This document shows, one piece after another, positions 1-12,384 of a stretch of 64,000 bases of DNA. The stretch is from positions 55,176,875 to 55,240,874 of the forward strand of contig NC_068997.1 in the NCBI RefSeq assembly GCF_001194135.2. The letters are read 5' to 3'. The notes under the pieces are model-generated. The model was not told where the DNA came from, ran no database searches, and worked only from the letters and a program-made list of their open reading frames with translations. Source of the DNA: Octopus bimaculoides (Eukaryota). A program made the position numbers and the translations under genes. Each line of letters opens with the position of its first letter. The first letter of the stretch is position 1.

Positions 1-29
1 CAGTTGGCGCCAATGTTTGGTATTGACTT
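1..29 (-). CDS. Candidate exon truncated by the window start
   Basis: Strong minus-strand acceptor (ttcctttcttctttcctatacttattttcag|AAGTC). All three frames are open to the edge (e.g. VNTKHWRQL). No donor is visible in the window. Confidence 0.3.
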
Positions 30-292
30 CTGAAAATAAGTATAGGAAAGAAGAAAGGAACTAGTCTACTGTATGCCCTACAAGAATGAAAACCTATATG
101 AGCAAGGACGAATATCTAGCAATGGAAAGAAGTACAGTCTCTCTTTAACTGGTTCTTTCATATAAAACTCAGCAAATTAAAATTTATGGCTGAGAGTGGG
201 TTGCCTAAACCCATAATACAGATTATAGACTTGGCTCTGTGCTCTGTAAATGTTATAAAATATATACCCACCCCCATGTATAAATATATCCA

Positions 293-325
<33 letters not shown>

Positions 326-386
326 ATTTATATATGCATATAGCATGCATACATATATAGATGTACATATATATATATAACAGAAA

Positions 387-738
387 TGGCTGTGTAATAA
401 GAAGTCTGGTTCCCAACACAAAGCACCATGTTCAATCCCACTGTATGTCACCTTGAGCAGTGGATTTGGTTAGATAGAAACTGAAAGAAGCCTTGTGAGT
501 GAAATGTGGTTGAAATGTGTGTGTGTCATTGTGTCTGTGTTTTGACAAATGGCACTGGTTTGTTTACACTCTTGTAACTTAGCATTGTGGCTAAAGGTGG
601 CCTTTAGAATTAGTAACAGGCTTAAATGGACAAAGTATATCCCAGTCCTGGGGGTCAACTCATTCAACTAAAATTCTTCTAGTTGGTACCGCAACATAGC
701 CACTATCTAATGGCTGGAACAAGTAAAAGATAAAAGAT
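387..738 (+). mobile_element. tRNA-derived SINE, family A (degenerate full length)
   Basis: Head ggctgtgtaataagaag...ttcaatcccactg, body gaaactgaaagaagcc, tail gcaacatagccactatctaatggctggaacaagtaaaagataaaaga. The same layout recurs many times in the window. Confidence 0.8.
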
Positions 739-786
739 ATACCTATACATATATACATACATACATACAAACATACATACAAACAT

Positions 787-828
<42 letters not shown>

Positions 829-1467
829 AAAAAATATATACACACACATATATGTATATGAACAAACACATACATGTATACATACGTATACTGTTTCACT
901 CTTTTTTGTGTGTGTGTTAGTATATTACTTATGTAGCAATTCTGTCTGCTACTGCTGCTGGTTCCATAACAAAATACCCACAGGAAGAATTAATAAGTTT
1001 GGAAACTAAGAATATCGAACAAACTTAAGCCATGTTATGATGTAAGCAGACAATCTATTTAGAGAATAAATTTAGAAAATATGTATTAGAGACTTGAAGC
1101 AGATTTGCAGTAGAGATGATATGACACTGATGAAGTTGTGAACGGTTGATGAAAGGATGCTGACAATCTTAACTGACTGACCAAACAATTAATCAAACAA
1201 TCAATTGGTTAAATAATTAACCATTTAACAAATAAATAATAGAGAAACTAAATAGAACCAGTGCATGTCTTTATTATTGGCATAACGACCCTCCCAAAAT
1301 AAACTAAAATATGCTTCAACGCACAAGTTCAGTTCATATCAAGAATCCTACAAACATTTTACACAATCCAAATATTAATGGGTGTGTATATCTATCTATC
1401 TATCTATCTATAAATCTGTCTGTCTTATCTATCTATCTATCTGTCTGTCTGTCTATCTATCTCTCTG

Positions 1468-1525
<58 letters not shown>

Positions 1526-2236
1526 ATAATAAGGCTGGCTTGTTAGCAATTTTTCAACTGAAAGTCAAAACTATATACGTCACTAAAGTAACTGAAGGTG
1601 CTATCCAGCACCAGTATTGCTAGAAATAAGAGTCAAAACCACTCAGAGCCACAATAAGCACCATCTTATTTATTAACATGGGAGGCAAGCTCCCTAAGCA
1701 ATGGCTATAGCCAGATCACCAGTGATTTCACATTTTCATTCATGTTCATCAGTGGCTCTCACTGGCGCCTTGGGTTAAACTCAACTCGCCTTGTCAGATG
1801 ATAAGATCACTGTAGAAATCATATGCTGATTTCATTTATATGTTTGTATTTACATAAACATCAGTGTGTGAGTGTGTGTATATACATATACATACATATA
1901 CATATACATACATATATATATATANNNNNNNNNNNNNNNNNNNNNNNNNNNNNNNNNNNNNNNNNNNNNNNNNNNNNNNNNNNNNNNNNNNNNNNNNNNN
2001 NNNNNNNNNNNNNNNNNNNNNNNNNNNNNNNNNNNNNNNNNNNNNNNNNNNNNNNNNNNNNNNNNNNNNNNNNNNNNNNGTTCTTTAAAGTTGATCAACT
2101 CTTCTCAACCAATCAATGGACTGATTGAGTGAACCGATTAATGAATGAACCCATAATGATTATCAGAAACAGCTTTAAGTCAAATTTCCTACAATAATGA
2201 ATATGTAATGACCATTATTTGTACCTTTGTATTACA

Positions 2237-2290
<54 letters not shown>

Positions 2291-3169
2291 TTCTAATAAC
2301 AACTAAAAACAATTTAGCTAATGCTAAATTAGGTCATTATGGTAATCTTAGTCACTCCAGTAGATTATTTTGATTTCACTGTACACTCGTAACCAATCAA
2401 TCAGTTGTTCTCACTCCACCCCCAACACCCTCTCTCTTATTTCCCATTCAATTTCATCTCCTTCTCTCTCACTCTCCTCCCTCATTTCTTTTCTCAATAG
2501 CTGGATACATGTTTTGTTTTCATGATGTTTTCATTGTTTTTGTGCTTTTCACTGTTTATTGTTATTGTTTATCTGCTCCTTTGAAGTTTCCTCCCCCCCC
2601 CCTCACCGCCTCCAATGTCTGCTGTCCATGTCAACCTGTCAATAAACAACCAACCAACCACATGTTACCTTCTTTTAACAATAGAAAAACAACTGAATAA
2701 GCAAGATTACACATTTATTTATTATTTTATGCTTTTTATAAAACATTCCTCTAAAGTTGAGATATTTGTCACAGGCTTAAACAATTTTTTTTTTCAAATT
2801 CTTCTTTCCATTTTTGTATTGTTGTTGTAATTGAAAAGAAGAATTTGCTTTTAAAGATATTAAGAATTGATTGTATCATTTAATCATTTGAACAAAACTC
2901 ATTAAAAATAAAAACAAATGTTTGTTATATTCTTCATGGAATGGTTCCCTAATTCCTCTTCTTTTCATTTCTTCCCAAATTTCTGTCAGGGATTAAAATC
3001 AGGAGATTGTATTTTTTATTCTTTTTGAATAAGGTTTCTACTGATTATTTTTAAAAAATAAGTTGTTGTTGTTGTTGTTGTTGCTGTCTAGTCTCATGCT
3101 AGCCCTGACTGATTAAGTCTAGACTGACTACTTTGCCATTTAGTATGTCAAAGATGACCATATACTAAT

Positions 3170-3252
3170 AGTTGCAGAGTTAGTAAGTTTGCTACCCAAC
3201 CATGTAGTTTTAGGTTCAAGTCTCACTGTCAGGCAGCTCAGGAGTGGAGTTG

Positions 3253-3285
<33 letters not shown>

Positions 3286-3420
3286 AATGGCCTTCTACAT
3301 AGTTTTCATCTAACAAATTCCGTCCACATGCAGAAGCCACTTGTCCACGTTACTGTGTAGTGGGATGATCAAACTGAAACCCACATTATCATGAAACAAA
3401 CTTTATCACCACACGGCTTC
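3170..3420. mobile_element. Two convergent family A SINE heads separated by (TG)n
   Basis: Plus head ...cccaaccatgtagttttaggttcaagtctcactg (3170-3235). Minus head ...cacttgtccac...gtgggatgatcaaactgaaaccc...caccacacggc (3290-3420). Confidence 0.6.
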
Positions 3421-4026
3421 ACTCGCATCTAAGGTAGGTTTGATTGACAGAATATTTGGCGGCTATTTCTAGCGAACCAAGTAATCACATACATGTTGTA
3501 TTGTTACTGTAATATGCTAGTGGTTGAAGAAAAAGCAAAATACAAGGCGTTTGAAAAATCTCATCCAGACTGGGAGAGCTCAACCCTGGTTGGTTTTTAT
3601 TCTCAATGTTCTCATGAAACCAAAAAGACATTATACCTCCTGATTATTTTCTATCAAAACCAGAGTATCCTTAAAAGTATCAGAATGGCTAAGAGATTAG
3701 TGCTATGGGATCTTGAATATTTTCTGAAATATTTTTTAATGCAAGATTGAAAATAGAAAATGAGAATTCTATGGCAAAAGATAAACAAAAAATGATAAAT
3801 TAAAACTAAGTTCTTAAAACTGAGAAATTCAATTAATTTCTGAAAAGAATCAACAAAATTATCAATGGAAAATTAATGAATAAAAAAAAAACTGTATTCT
3901 TCGAAAACTTATCTCACAGCTGGGATTTTTGGAGAGTAATTACATTTTTTGTCATTATATATACATTATATAAATAGGTTATATATCATATATATCATAT
4001 ATACACACACATATATATTATGAATA

Positions 4027-4079
<53 letters not shown>

Positions 4080-5464
4080 CACACACACACACACATATAT
4101 GTATCATAAATAGATAATATAAATATATCATATATATGCAAGTGTGTGTGTGTGTATAAATAGAAAGTATATATTATATAGATATTTTTTAATTGCTATG
4201 GTAATCATTAGGTAACAATGTAATTATAAAAGACTTTCATTTGTCTTTCAAAAAACTGACTAAGTCACCAGAATCTTAAATTGTAATATTCCTGCTTCTA
4301 CTTCTTCAAATGGAGCAACTTCTAGATAGCTTTGTCTTTAGCTTGTGTCGTAGAGGACAAATTCATTCTGACTACATTTAAATAAGGAAAATAAATGTCT
4401 TTCTCAAATGCTTCAGGGTCCAGTCCATCTAAGACCACCACCCCTGCTTCCTTGATTCAAAACTTCTTTTAAAGCATATCTGTTTAATTTAAAACCTCCC
4501 ATCATAATTTCTTCTTCCTTTTCTTTTTCGTAAATTATAATTCTTTGTAACTTTTATTTCAAAGCACAACCTTAATTTATCAATGAATGGAGAAAGCTGA
4601 TTAATTCACTCCACATATTTTTATTATTTAAAAAAGTTACTTGAAACTTTGGTTGAGCATTTCATTTATTTATATACAGTAGAATAACATTCTCATCATG
4701 GGTTCTACAAAAGTCTCAGAGTTTTTGAGAAAAATTCTAGGGTTTTTCAAGAGAAGGTGTCATTTAATAAAAATAAATTAAAACAATATTTCCATGAAGG
4801 AATTTTTATGTTAAGACATATTTTACTAAATTTAATATTTTATTAAACTGAAATGAGTTGTCTGCAAATAGAGGTAAGTGTTCTGTGATTATTGGTAAAA
4901 ATATTATATAAGGATTCCATAAAAAAATTAGTTTGGGAACTACTACAGTAAAGTTTCTTAATATGGTGCGCTGAAAAAAAAACCATAACTGAAATTATCT
5001 ATGCAATTACTTAACAAAATCTCCCCTCATCAGTATTTAAAATCTAAATCAACATGCAAGGCGAAACTTCAAGTTTCAATTGAGCTTCCAGAAATTATCT
5101 TCCTTGCCTGTTGATTTTAGAATTTAATGAATTTTTGTGTACGAATTACATGGATAACTTCACTAATATTAAATAGAATACCTCACAGTATTTTTTTCCT
5201 GACGCTTGGGGTTCTGAGTTCAAATTGTGATGAGGTCAACTTTGTGTTTCATATTTTTGGGGGGTTAAAAAAAAAATACCTCTTATCAGTCTATGCTGGC
5301 TGGCTTGTGGACTTGTATGAATGTCAGAAGTGATGCCTTGCAGTATTTATTCCAGCTCTTTACATTCTGAGTTCAAATCCTGACTTGGCTGATTCAGGTG
5401 TTAGACCACTTTAACGCCATCACCTGGTGCCTTTGTAATATCTTCAGTGAAGTTCATTACATTC

Positions 5465-5637
5465 ATTAGTGTAGCTACTGTGCAGGTGGCCCAAGGCGGC
5501 CCTTCCATTTGTTGCACCTGGACACCACAGTAAACATACTGCCTACAGTAGACCCAAAAGTGCCACCCCTTTAAAAGTGTCACCTCTTTAAAAGTGCAGC
5601 CCAGGGCGAACCGCCACTACCCCCAGTTATGCTAGTG
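5465..5637. mobile_element. GC-rich MITE-like element with degenerate terminal inverted repeats
   Basis: Left attagtgtagctactg...gtggc against the reverse complement of the right end actagcataactgggggtagtggc. Internal 17-nt tandem ccacccctttaaaagtg/tcacctctttaaaagtg. Confidence 0.35.
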
Positions 5638-6254
5638 ATTACATTGCAAACATTTAGTCAGATCTCAGGTTACACGATGCTGATCCCACTTCCATCACTT
5701 TCAAAGACCTTCCAAAGGGTTGGGAACACTGCTTTCTCCCCTAACTAAAAGACGGATAAAGTAATAAGTAAATGTGAATTCCTACCATGTTTCTGTGTAA
5801 TATGTCGAATGTCTCCTCAGGGATTTCCCTCCAACCTGACAGTGTCAATGTTTGGTTAGTAATATCATGTCAAACAGATTAAAAGGGAATAACATTTTGC
5901 AGTATATTACACATGGTATACTTGCAGTAAATCTGTGGCGTTTGGTAATTTCAGCAAAGACAGAAGTAAAGTGCAGTTCTAGAATTCACATGCAATGAAC
6001 TGATATAGATCTGAGGAAATGGGAATTGATTTTTAGCAGCTAATAGGGAATCAATAACAACAGAAATTGAAATTTCTGCAATATAAGTCAACAGATCTAG
6101 AAGAAACAACCAAAGAATAATAATATTGATGTAGAAACATTGCAATGATGATGCTGAATACAATCTTTAGAACGGTAACAAAGAATGTGGTGATTGTAAT
6201 TTAGACAATGGTAGGGGTTATTAAGGGAATTCTATCAGTCACTCATATATGTCT

Positions 6255-6480
6255 TGTCTTTCACATGTTTCAGTCGTTATACTGTGGCTATGCTGGGGCA
6301 CTGCTTTGAAGAATTTTGAGTCCAGTAAATCGACCCTGGTATTATCTAAAACCTGGTACTTATTCTGTTGGTCTTGTTTGCTGAACCACTAAGTTACAGA
6401 GATGTAAACACACCAACACCAGTTGTCAAACAATGGTGGTGGTGGTGGGTGGGTGGTGGTCAAACATAGTCAGGAAGACA
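6255..6480 (-). mobile_element. Family A SINE, 3' half
   Basis: gtttcagtcg...ctgtggctatgctggggcactgc...ctaagttacagagatgtaaacacaccaacaccagttgtcaa is the reverse complement of the family A tail. Confidence 0.8.
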
Positions 6481-6499
6481 CACACAGGCATGCAACTAT

Positions 6500-6920
6500 A
6501 TCATCATCATCATTTAACGTCCACTGTCCTTGCTGGCATGGGTTGGATGGCTTGACTGGACTGGCACACTGGAAGGCTGCGCCAGGTTCCAGTCACACCA
6601 CTACCTGCCACGACGATGATTTCACTTGGCTTCATGGGTCTTCTACTCAAGCATGGCATATTACCAAAAGTCTCTGTCATTTGTCATTACCTCTGTGAAG
6701 TCCAACACTCAAAAGATGCTTTTTACATGCCACTGACACAGGTATTAGCTCTGCACAGGTGCTAATTATGTGGCATCAGTATTAGCCACATTGCCTTCAT
6801 GAAGCCCAACACTCGAAAGATGCTTTTTACGTGCCACTGGCACAAGTGCCAATTATGTGACACTGACATCAGCCATGACTATGATTTCACATGGTTTAAC
6901 AGGTCTTCTCAAGCATGACA
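6500..6920 (-). mobile_element. LINE-tail-related repeat starting catcatcatcatttaacgtcc, with an internal duplication
   Basis: The same (CAT)n-tttaacgtcc...catgggttgga start recurs at 20815, 23940, 26205, 28400, 40230 and 52075. An RTE-type origin is inferred. Confidence 0.55.
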
Positions 6921-6959
6921 TGCATGCATACATACAGATATATATATATNNNNNNNNNN

Positions 6960-7115
6960 TGATGGACTTCTTTCTGTCTCCATCTACCAAACCCATTCAA
7001 CATGGCTTTGGCCAGCCTCCAAGGCTATAGTAGAAGATACTTGCCCAAGGTGCCACACTATGAAACTGAACCTGAGAGGCTGTGGTTAGGAAGCAAGCTT
7101 CTTACCATACAGCCA
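6960..7115 (-). mobile_element. Family A SINE, 5' half
   Basis: gctatagtagaagatacttgcccaaggtgccac...actgaacc...gtggttaggaagcaagcttcttaccatacagcc. Confidence 0.8.
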
Positions 7116-7480
7116 CACAATGAACCCATGTAATCCTTATTTTTTCTCATGTTTCAACTCAATAGGTTTCATGGTATAAGAAGACTAATTAAATACCTGG
7201 CTTTGCCACCTTACCTTTCACTCATCAAAATCACAAAACAGTTGTTAATCAACACAGATGTTTTTTATCTTCTGATACAAAGAAATACCCCGATGCATAG
7301 ATGTTGTTGTAGTTATTGTTTGTTATCCCCCAAAACAGTTCTGGAATAGGTTGAGTGTATCTAAGACCAAAGTCATTTTTGCAACAACCATTCCATCTTC
7401 TTGTCAGGCAGCATTATTTTATTTGTTTCAGCCCATAAAGTGTGGCTATGATGAGGCACTGCCATTAAATGATTATGCAC

Positions 7481-7564
7481 AGCAGTTGAGGGACTTGAAC
7501 ACATGAACCTTCAGGTCACTTATTACGTAAAAATCTGATGCTCCACCAACTGAGCTACGCAGGC
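7481..7564 (-). pseudogene. Intron-containing tRNA-Lys(UUU)-like pseudogene or SINE head
   Basis: Minus strand GCCTGCG TA GCTC AGTTGGTG GAGC A TCAGA TT TTT A [CGTAATAAGTG] A CCTGA AGGTT CATGTG TTCAAGT CCCTC. D-arm is intact, anticodon TTT at 7529-7531, 11-nt insert (7517-7527) at canonical position 37/38, B-box GTTCAAGTCC. Acceptor and T stems are broken. Confidence 0.7.
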
Positions 7565-8294
7565 TGTTTGCAGTAAATGGAAAAATAGATCAAATGACAT
7601 GGCTATGATTTATGAGATGTCAATTATTCGTTTAGTAGAATAATTATTATACAGGGTAAAGGATGGCAGATACCAGTGCCACCTGGTGGGAGGAAAAGTG
7701 ATTGAAATTTTTCATGATAAAACAAGATAAAGGTGGACGTGAAATGATACGGTTGAATATTCCGGAAATATGAGACACAGCTGTCCTGTTGATTATATGA
7801 TGTACTGTAGAGCATCAAAATGCATCAAGAATTGTTGTCAAATTGATGGTGATGACAATGAGGAATATATTAATTGATAGGAGAACTCTATTTATTCAGT
7901 ATGGTCCAAATATCTAATGTCACACAATATATTCTATGACGTGCTCAGAATGTTTATTTAGTTGATTTCTTTCTCAAAGCAAAATATTTTCTCTTTGATT
8001 TTTTGTTCTGAAGTACCGAAAGACGGACATATTATACCATAGATTAGAGAACTAAAAATTCCTGCAGCTGCTAACTATAGAATTTCATTATGTGACTGAC
8101 AATGTTATTGTGACACAATGTTAGCTTTTACCATCTTAATAAGCTGGTGTAATATATACTTACACACACACATATATAAATACATTATATATTTATCTAT
8201 CTGTATATATATATGTGTGTGTGCTTGTATATATGCATGTGTATGTATATATGTATATATATATATATATATATATNNNNNNNNNNNNNNNNNN

Positions 8295-8460
8295 GGAGGA
8301 TCAGTTAATTATGATTTTATTCAACATATTCCCCTCTCTCAGATTCACACATTGCAGCAGTTCTTCAGTTTTTCTAAGCCCTTTAAAAGAACTCAGGAAG
8401 TTGGGCCTCCGACCAGGCCTTTCGCGATACACCCAGGAATTTTTCCGTAACCCCTTGTAT
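8295..8460 (-). mobile_element. Mariner-derived MITE, copy 1 (one end lost in the gap)
   Basis: Reverse complement of the 19190-19380 copy (ggatcagttaattatgattttattcaacatattccc... vs ...gggaaatatcttgaataaaattataattaagtgatcc). Ends in ccaggaatttttccgtaaccccttgta. Confidence 0.7.
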
Positions 8461-8900
8461 AGCATAAAGGAATAGCGATTTGGAATCCTGATAGGGACTG
8501 TATTAACACTCTGATATAATCCACATCTGGCTAACCACATCAAATGGTTGGAAACACGTAAATTGTTTACGACCAAAGTTTGCACAGTCTTTTACTCAAG
8601 ATGTAAATCTTGAGTTTGCTTCTGTGGATTTTCGTGCAGCAAACGAAGTGCATCATCACAACCTCATAAAGAAGAATGAAGAATTATACATCTTCAAATT
8701 CTGTTTATTACAATATTATTCTCATTAAATTTTGATCTGACGTGTGTCTTTATTACACACACACACACATGTATGTATATATGAGTGAGTGTACAAATGA
8801 AAGAAAAGGGCACTCAACACATTTATAGTAGAAGTTACATGTATTATTTAAAACTGTTTAGATTACAAACAGACTGTTTAGCGTTATGTAATAAAGATGT

Positions 8901-9030
8901 TCAGCCATGACCATCCCTGTGTTTAAAGGTTTCTAAGTTTGATAATGTATCCTTTCTTTGTGTAGACAGTGGTGTGTAGCTCAGAAGAGATTTGACTGCT
9001 ATTTCCTGCATGTTGAGCAACCATGCAGAG
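8901..9030 (+). mobile_element. Dispersed repeat (family D) fragment
   Basis: cagccatgaccatcc...gatttgactgctatttc...gagcaaccatgcagagg. The reverse-complement relative lies at 45700-45890, with short pieces at ~1615 and ~3460. Confidence 0.5.
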
Positions 9031-9139
9031 GTTTCACTTTCACTTGATCTTTCACAAGACCATCTTGTATCACTACTAACAGGTTTAGACTGACAAACGC
9101 ACCCATGTGTGTGTGTGTGGGGGGGGGGGGGGGGGTTAT

Positions 9140-9332
9140 CCCCCCCCCCACTGCTTGACAACCAGTGTGGGTGTGTTTTCACCCACATAACTTAGCAGTA
9201 AACAAACTGATAGAAAAAGTACCAGGCTTATAAATATAAGCTCAGGGGTCAATTTGTTCAGTTAAAAATTCTTAGAGGCAGTGCTCCAGTATGGCCACAA
9301 TCTAATGACTGAACAAGTAAAAGGTTAAAGAT
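9140..9332 (+). mobile_element. Family A SINE, 3' half
   Basis: gcttgacaaccagtg...aacttagcag...aggggtcaatttg...ggcagtgctccagtatggccac...gactgaacaagtaaaag. Confidence 0.8.
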
Positions 9333-10454
9333 ATATATATGTATACACACACACACACACATACATTCTTACATTAATACATATATATGCACACTAAAGG
9401 ATATACACATTCTTTCAATACATACATACGTGTGTGTGTGTATGTATCTGCTAAAGCATACGCCTACACTGATACATACATTCACACGCACTCATACATG
9501 CAGACAACCATACACACACACGCATACATTCGTCACCATTCATGATGAAACTGCTGTGATATTGTTGTTAAGGAAAGCACTGCTGTCTAAATGATTATAT
9601 CATTGACTCAAAGATGTCAGCTACAATATAAATGCTAACGTTATGAAATGTCAGAGATGAAAATAAAGGGATGCTAAATCCCCGTTTGTTGATGTGTTTT
9701 ATACTGTGGACCTGTGCAATGTCAACTGGTACACTGGATGGCGGTGATATCCACTAAGAAGAAAGCTTAGGGCACAATGCAAATTGCCTTTGAGCAAAAA
9801 TGTATATGAGTCATATTGCTTTAATTAAGTCTATTCTTCTTCTTCCTTAATTATGCATCAGACTTTCTTGTTGTGTGGTTTGAAAAAAGTAAATATCACT
9901 TTTAAAATGGACATATGTGTCTTTGAGTGCAGTGTTTCTTCATTGCTGTCATGTGTTAGCAATCATGTTTTGGTAAAAGCATTACAGAAGCAGTGAGGCT
10001 GGCGTATTTTTTATATTTCCTTAACAAGTGCTTTTTCTTTCTTTTTTTATGCACTGTACTTTACCTTTCTGTCTTGAAGGCAAACACAGAAGATTTGATA
10101 TCAATTCTAAACAAGTAAACTTGGATTAAATAACTTCATTTCAATGTCATATTTTTTTGAATATCATATCAACAGCACACACACACAAATTGTTTGGCCA
10201 TGTGTGTGTGTGTGTGTATGTGCGTGTGGAAACAGAACATATAAGAGAAACAAGGTGAGAGAGTAAATGGAATACACGTCTACTCTTTCACCTCACCTTT
10301 CTTATCTGTTCTGGTTATATACATTCTCTCCACCATTGTATTGCTTAGATTTTCAGAATGAATCAAAAGTTTACCCTAACCATGACCACAGTTATTCCTG
10401 TTAGCCATGGTCTTAGTGGAGAGCTTCATGTGAGATCGACTTCATTCTTCAGAT

Positions 10455-10486
<32 letters not shown>

Positions 10487-10782
10487 NNNNNNNNNNNNNN
10501 NNNNNNNNNNNNNNNNNNNNNNNNNNNNNNNNNNNNNNNNNNNNNNNNNNNNNNNNNNNNNNNNNNNNNNNNNNNNNNNNNNNNNNNNNNNNNNNNNNNN
10601 NNNNNNNNNNNNNNNNNNNNNNNNNNNNNNNNNNNNNNNNNNNNNNNNNNNNNNNNNNNNNNNNNNNNNNNNNNNNNNNNNNNNNNNNNNNNNNNNNNNN
10701 NNNNNNNNNNNNNNNNNNNNNNNNNNNNNNNNNNNNNNNNNNNNNNNNNNNNNNNNNNNNNNNNNNNNNNNNNNNNNNNNNN

Positions 10783-10822
<40 letters not shown>

Positions 10823-10944
10823 CATATACAAATCTATAGGTATATGATGCGTGCACACATGTGCGAGTGTGTGTGTGTGTGTGTGTGTATACATATACGG
10901 AATATATAAAAGCAAATGCATATGTGTGTATAGTATGTACATAT

Positions 10945-11100
10945 TTACAATGAGCTTCTATTAGTTTCCACCGCACAAGGCTTTAGTCTGCTCGGGGCTA
11001 TAACAGAAGATTCTCGACTAAGATGTTGTACAGTGGGACTGAACCTGAAACCCCATAACTGTGAGGCCGCCCTCTTAACCATAGAGGCAAGCCTGTGCCA
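10945..11100 (-). mobile_element. Family A SINE, 5' half
   Basis: gagcttctattagtttccacc...gctataacagaag...cagtgggactgaacctgaaacc. Confidence 0.7.
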
Positions 11101-11481
11101 TTTATATGAATATCAACGCACCATTTAGCAGCAAGTGGTTTTTTTAAGGATTGGTGCCAAGCTCCAGTTTCAAAACTTTAAGTACACGTGAAATAAATCT
11201 CACAGCATTAAGTACATGTGAAATAAATCTCGGTCGAGATAGGATACCAGTCTTTTATAGGAACCTATTTTTGGCATCTAGATTTGCTGGAGGCTTTTAT
11301 AATTAAGTGTACTGCCTGCCCAAATACATAACAAAACGTCTGTAATGAAATTAAAAATCAAGGTGATCTATGGACCAATACTGTGTTTCATTAGCTATAC
11401 TGTATTAATGCACACACTCACACAAACAGACATAATGTTGTGCACCTGAGTACTGTATACAACAAGTTCATTATTTCATAT

Positions 11482-11809
11482 GTGAAGGCGCGTGGCTCAG
11501 TGGTTAGGGCATTCAGCTCATGATTGTAAGGTCATGAGTTCAATTCCTGGCAACGTGTTGTGTCCTTGAGCAAGACACTTTATTTCATGTTGCTCCAGTT
11601 CACTCAGCTGGCAAAAAAAATGAGTAGCACCTGTATTTCAAAGGGCCAGCCTTGTCACACTCTGTGTCATGCTGAATCTCAATGAGAATTACGTTAAGGG
11701 TACACGTGTCTGTGGAGTACTCAGCCACTTGCACGTTAATTTCACGAGTAAGCTTTTCCGTTGATCATATCAGCTGGGCCCCTCGTTGTCATAACCGACA
11801 GAGTGCTCC
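11482..11809 (+). mobile_element. tRNA-derived SINE, family C, with 11-bp target-site duplication
   Basis: A-box TGGCTCAGTGG and B-box GAGTTCAATTCC. Flanked by ttatttcatat at 11471-11481 and 11810-11820. Confidence 0.85.
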
Positions 11810-11967
11810 TTATTTCATATATCATAATTATACCAACACATACAAATGCTTTAGTTTTTTGGCATTTTCATTTGCTTTAACTGACGGAAGATGAAGGTCA
11901 CTCCCCACCCCTCTGCCGTGGGAGGAAGTAAAGAAGTTCTATCCAGATAAAAGATCCAACTGGAATA

Positions 11968-12172
11968 CATTTATTTCCTTATTGCCCACAGGGGGCTAAA
12001 CAGAGAAGGGACAAACAAGGAATTAAGTCAATTACATCGACCCCAGTACTTATTTAATTGACCCTTAAAAGGATGAAAGGCTAAGTTGACCTCAGCAAAA
12101 TTTGAACTTAGAACATTGGGGCAGACAAAATACTTCTAAGCATTTCACCCAGCATGCTAACGTTTCTGCCAG
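11968..12172 (-). mobile_element. Family B SINE (variant tail)
   Basis: tcgaccccagt...gacccttaaaaggatgaaaggc...gttgacctcagcaaaatttgaact...catttcacccagcatgctaacgtttctgccag. Confidence 0.8.
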
Positions 12173-12281
12173 ACTCGACTCTGCTGATGACATCTAAGCA
12201 TAGTCTTCTCAACTGATTGGTCCCTTACGTTTGTGACACAGCATAAATCAGCATCATGTCTCTAGACCCATGGGTCCTTAC

Positions 12282-12384
12282 ACCATAACCCTGTATTCCC
12301 ATACAATAGAGACGGCACTATATCCAAGAGCCCATTGATGGTGTTAAACTGAGAATTAATTCTGTAATATTTGCCATTCCTTTG
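12282..12384 (-). CDS. Candidate internal exon (QRNGKYYRINSQFNTINGLLDIVPSLLYGNTGLW)
   Basis: Acceptor atttatttcgccacattacag|CAA, donor TGGT|gtaagg, 103 nt open in phase 0 to 1. No homology recognised. Confidence 0.22.

Noticed and set aside
4268-4469. Minus-strand protein-like stretch (IKEAGVVVLDGLDPEAFEKD...)
   Set aside because: Every frame hits a stop between the possible splice sites, and no family is recognised.
8594-8615. Hairpin actcaaga-tgtaaa-tcttgagt (also ccataaagc/gctttatgg at 21438-21460)
   Set aside because: Stems of 8-9 bp are expected by chance in 60 kb of AT-rich DNA.
11487-11550. SINE heads as functional tRNA genes (also 28105-28160)
   Set aside because: A and B boxes are present, but there is no closed cloverleaf and the sequence continues into SINE body.
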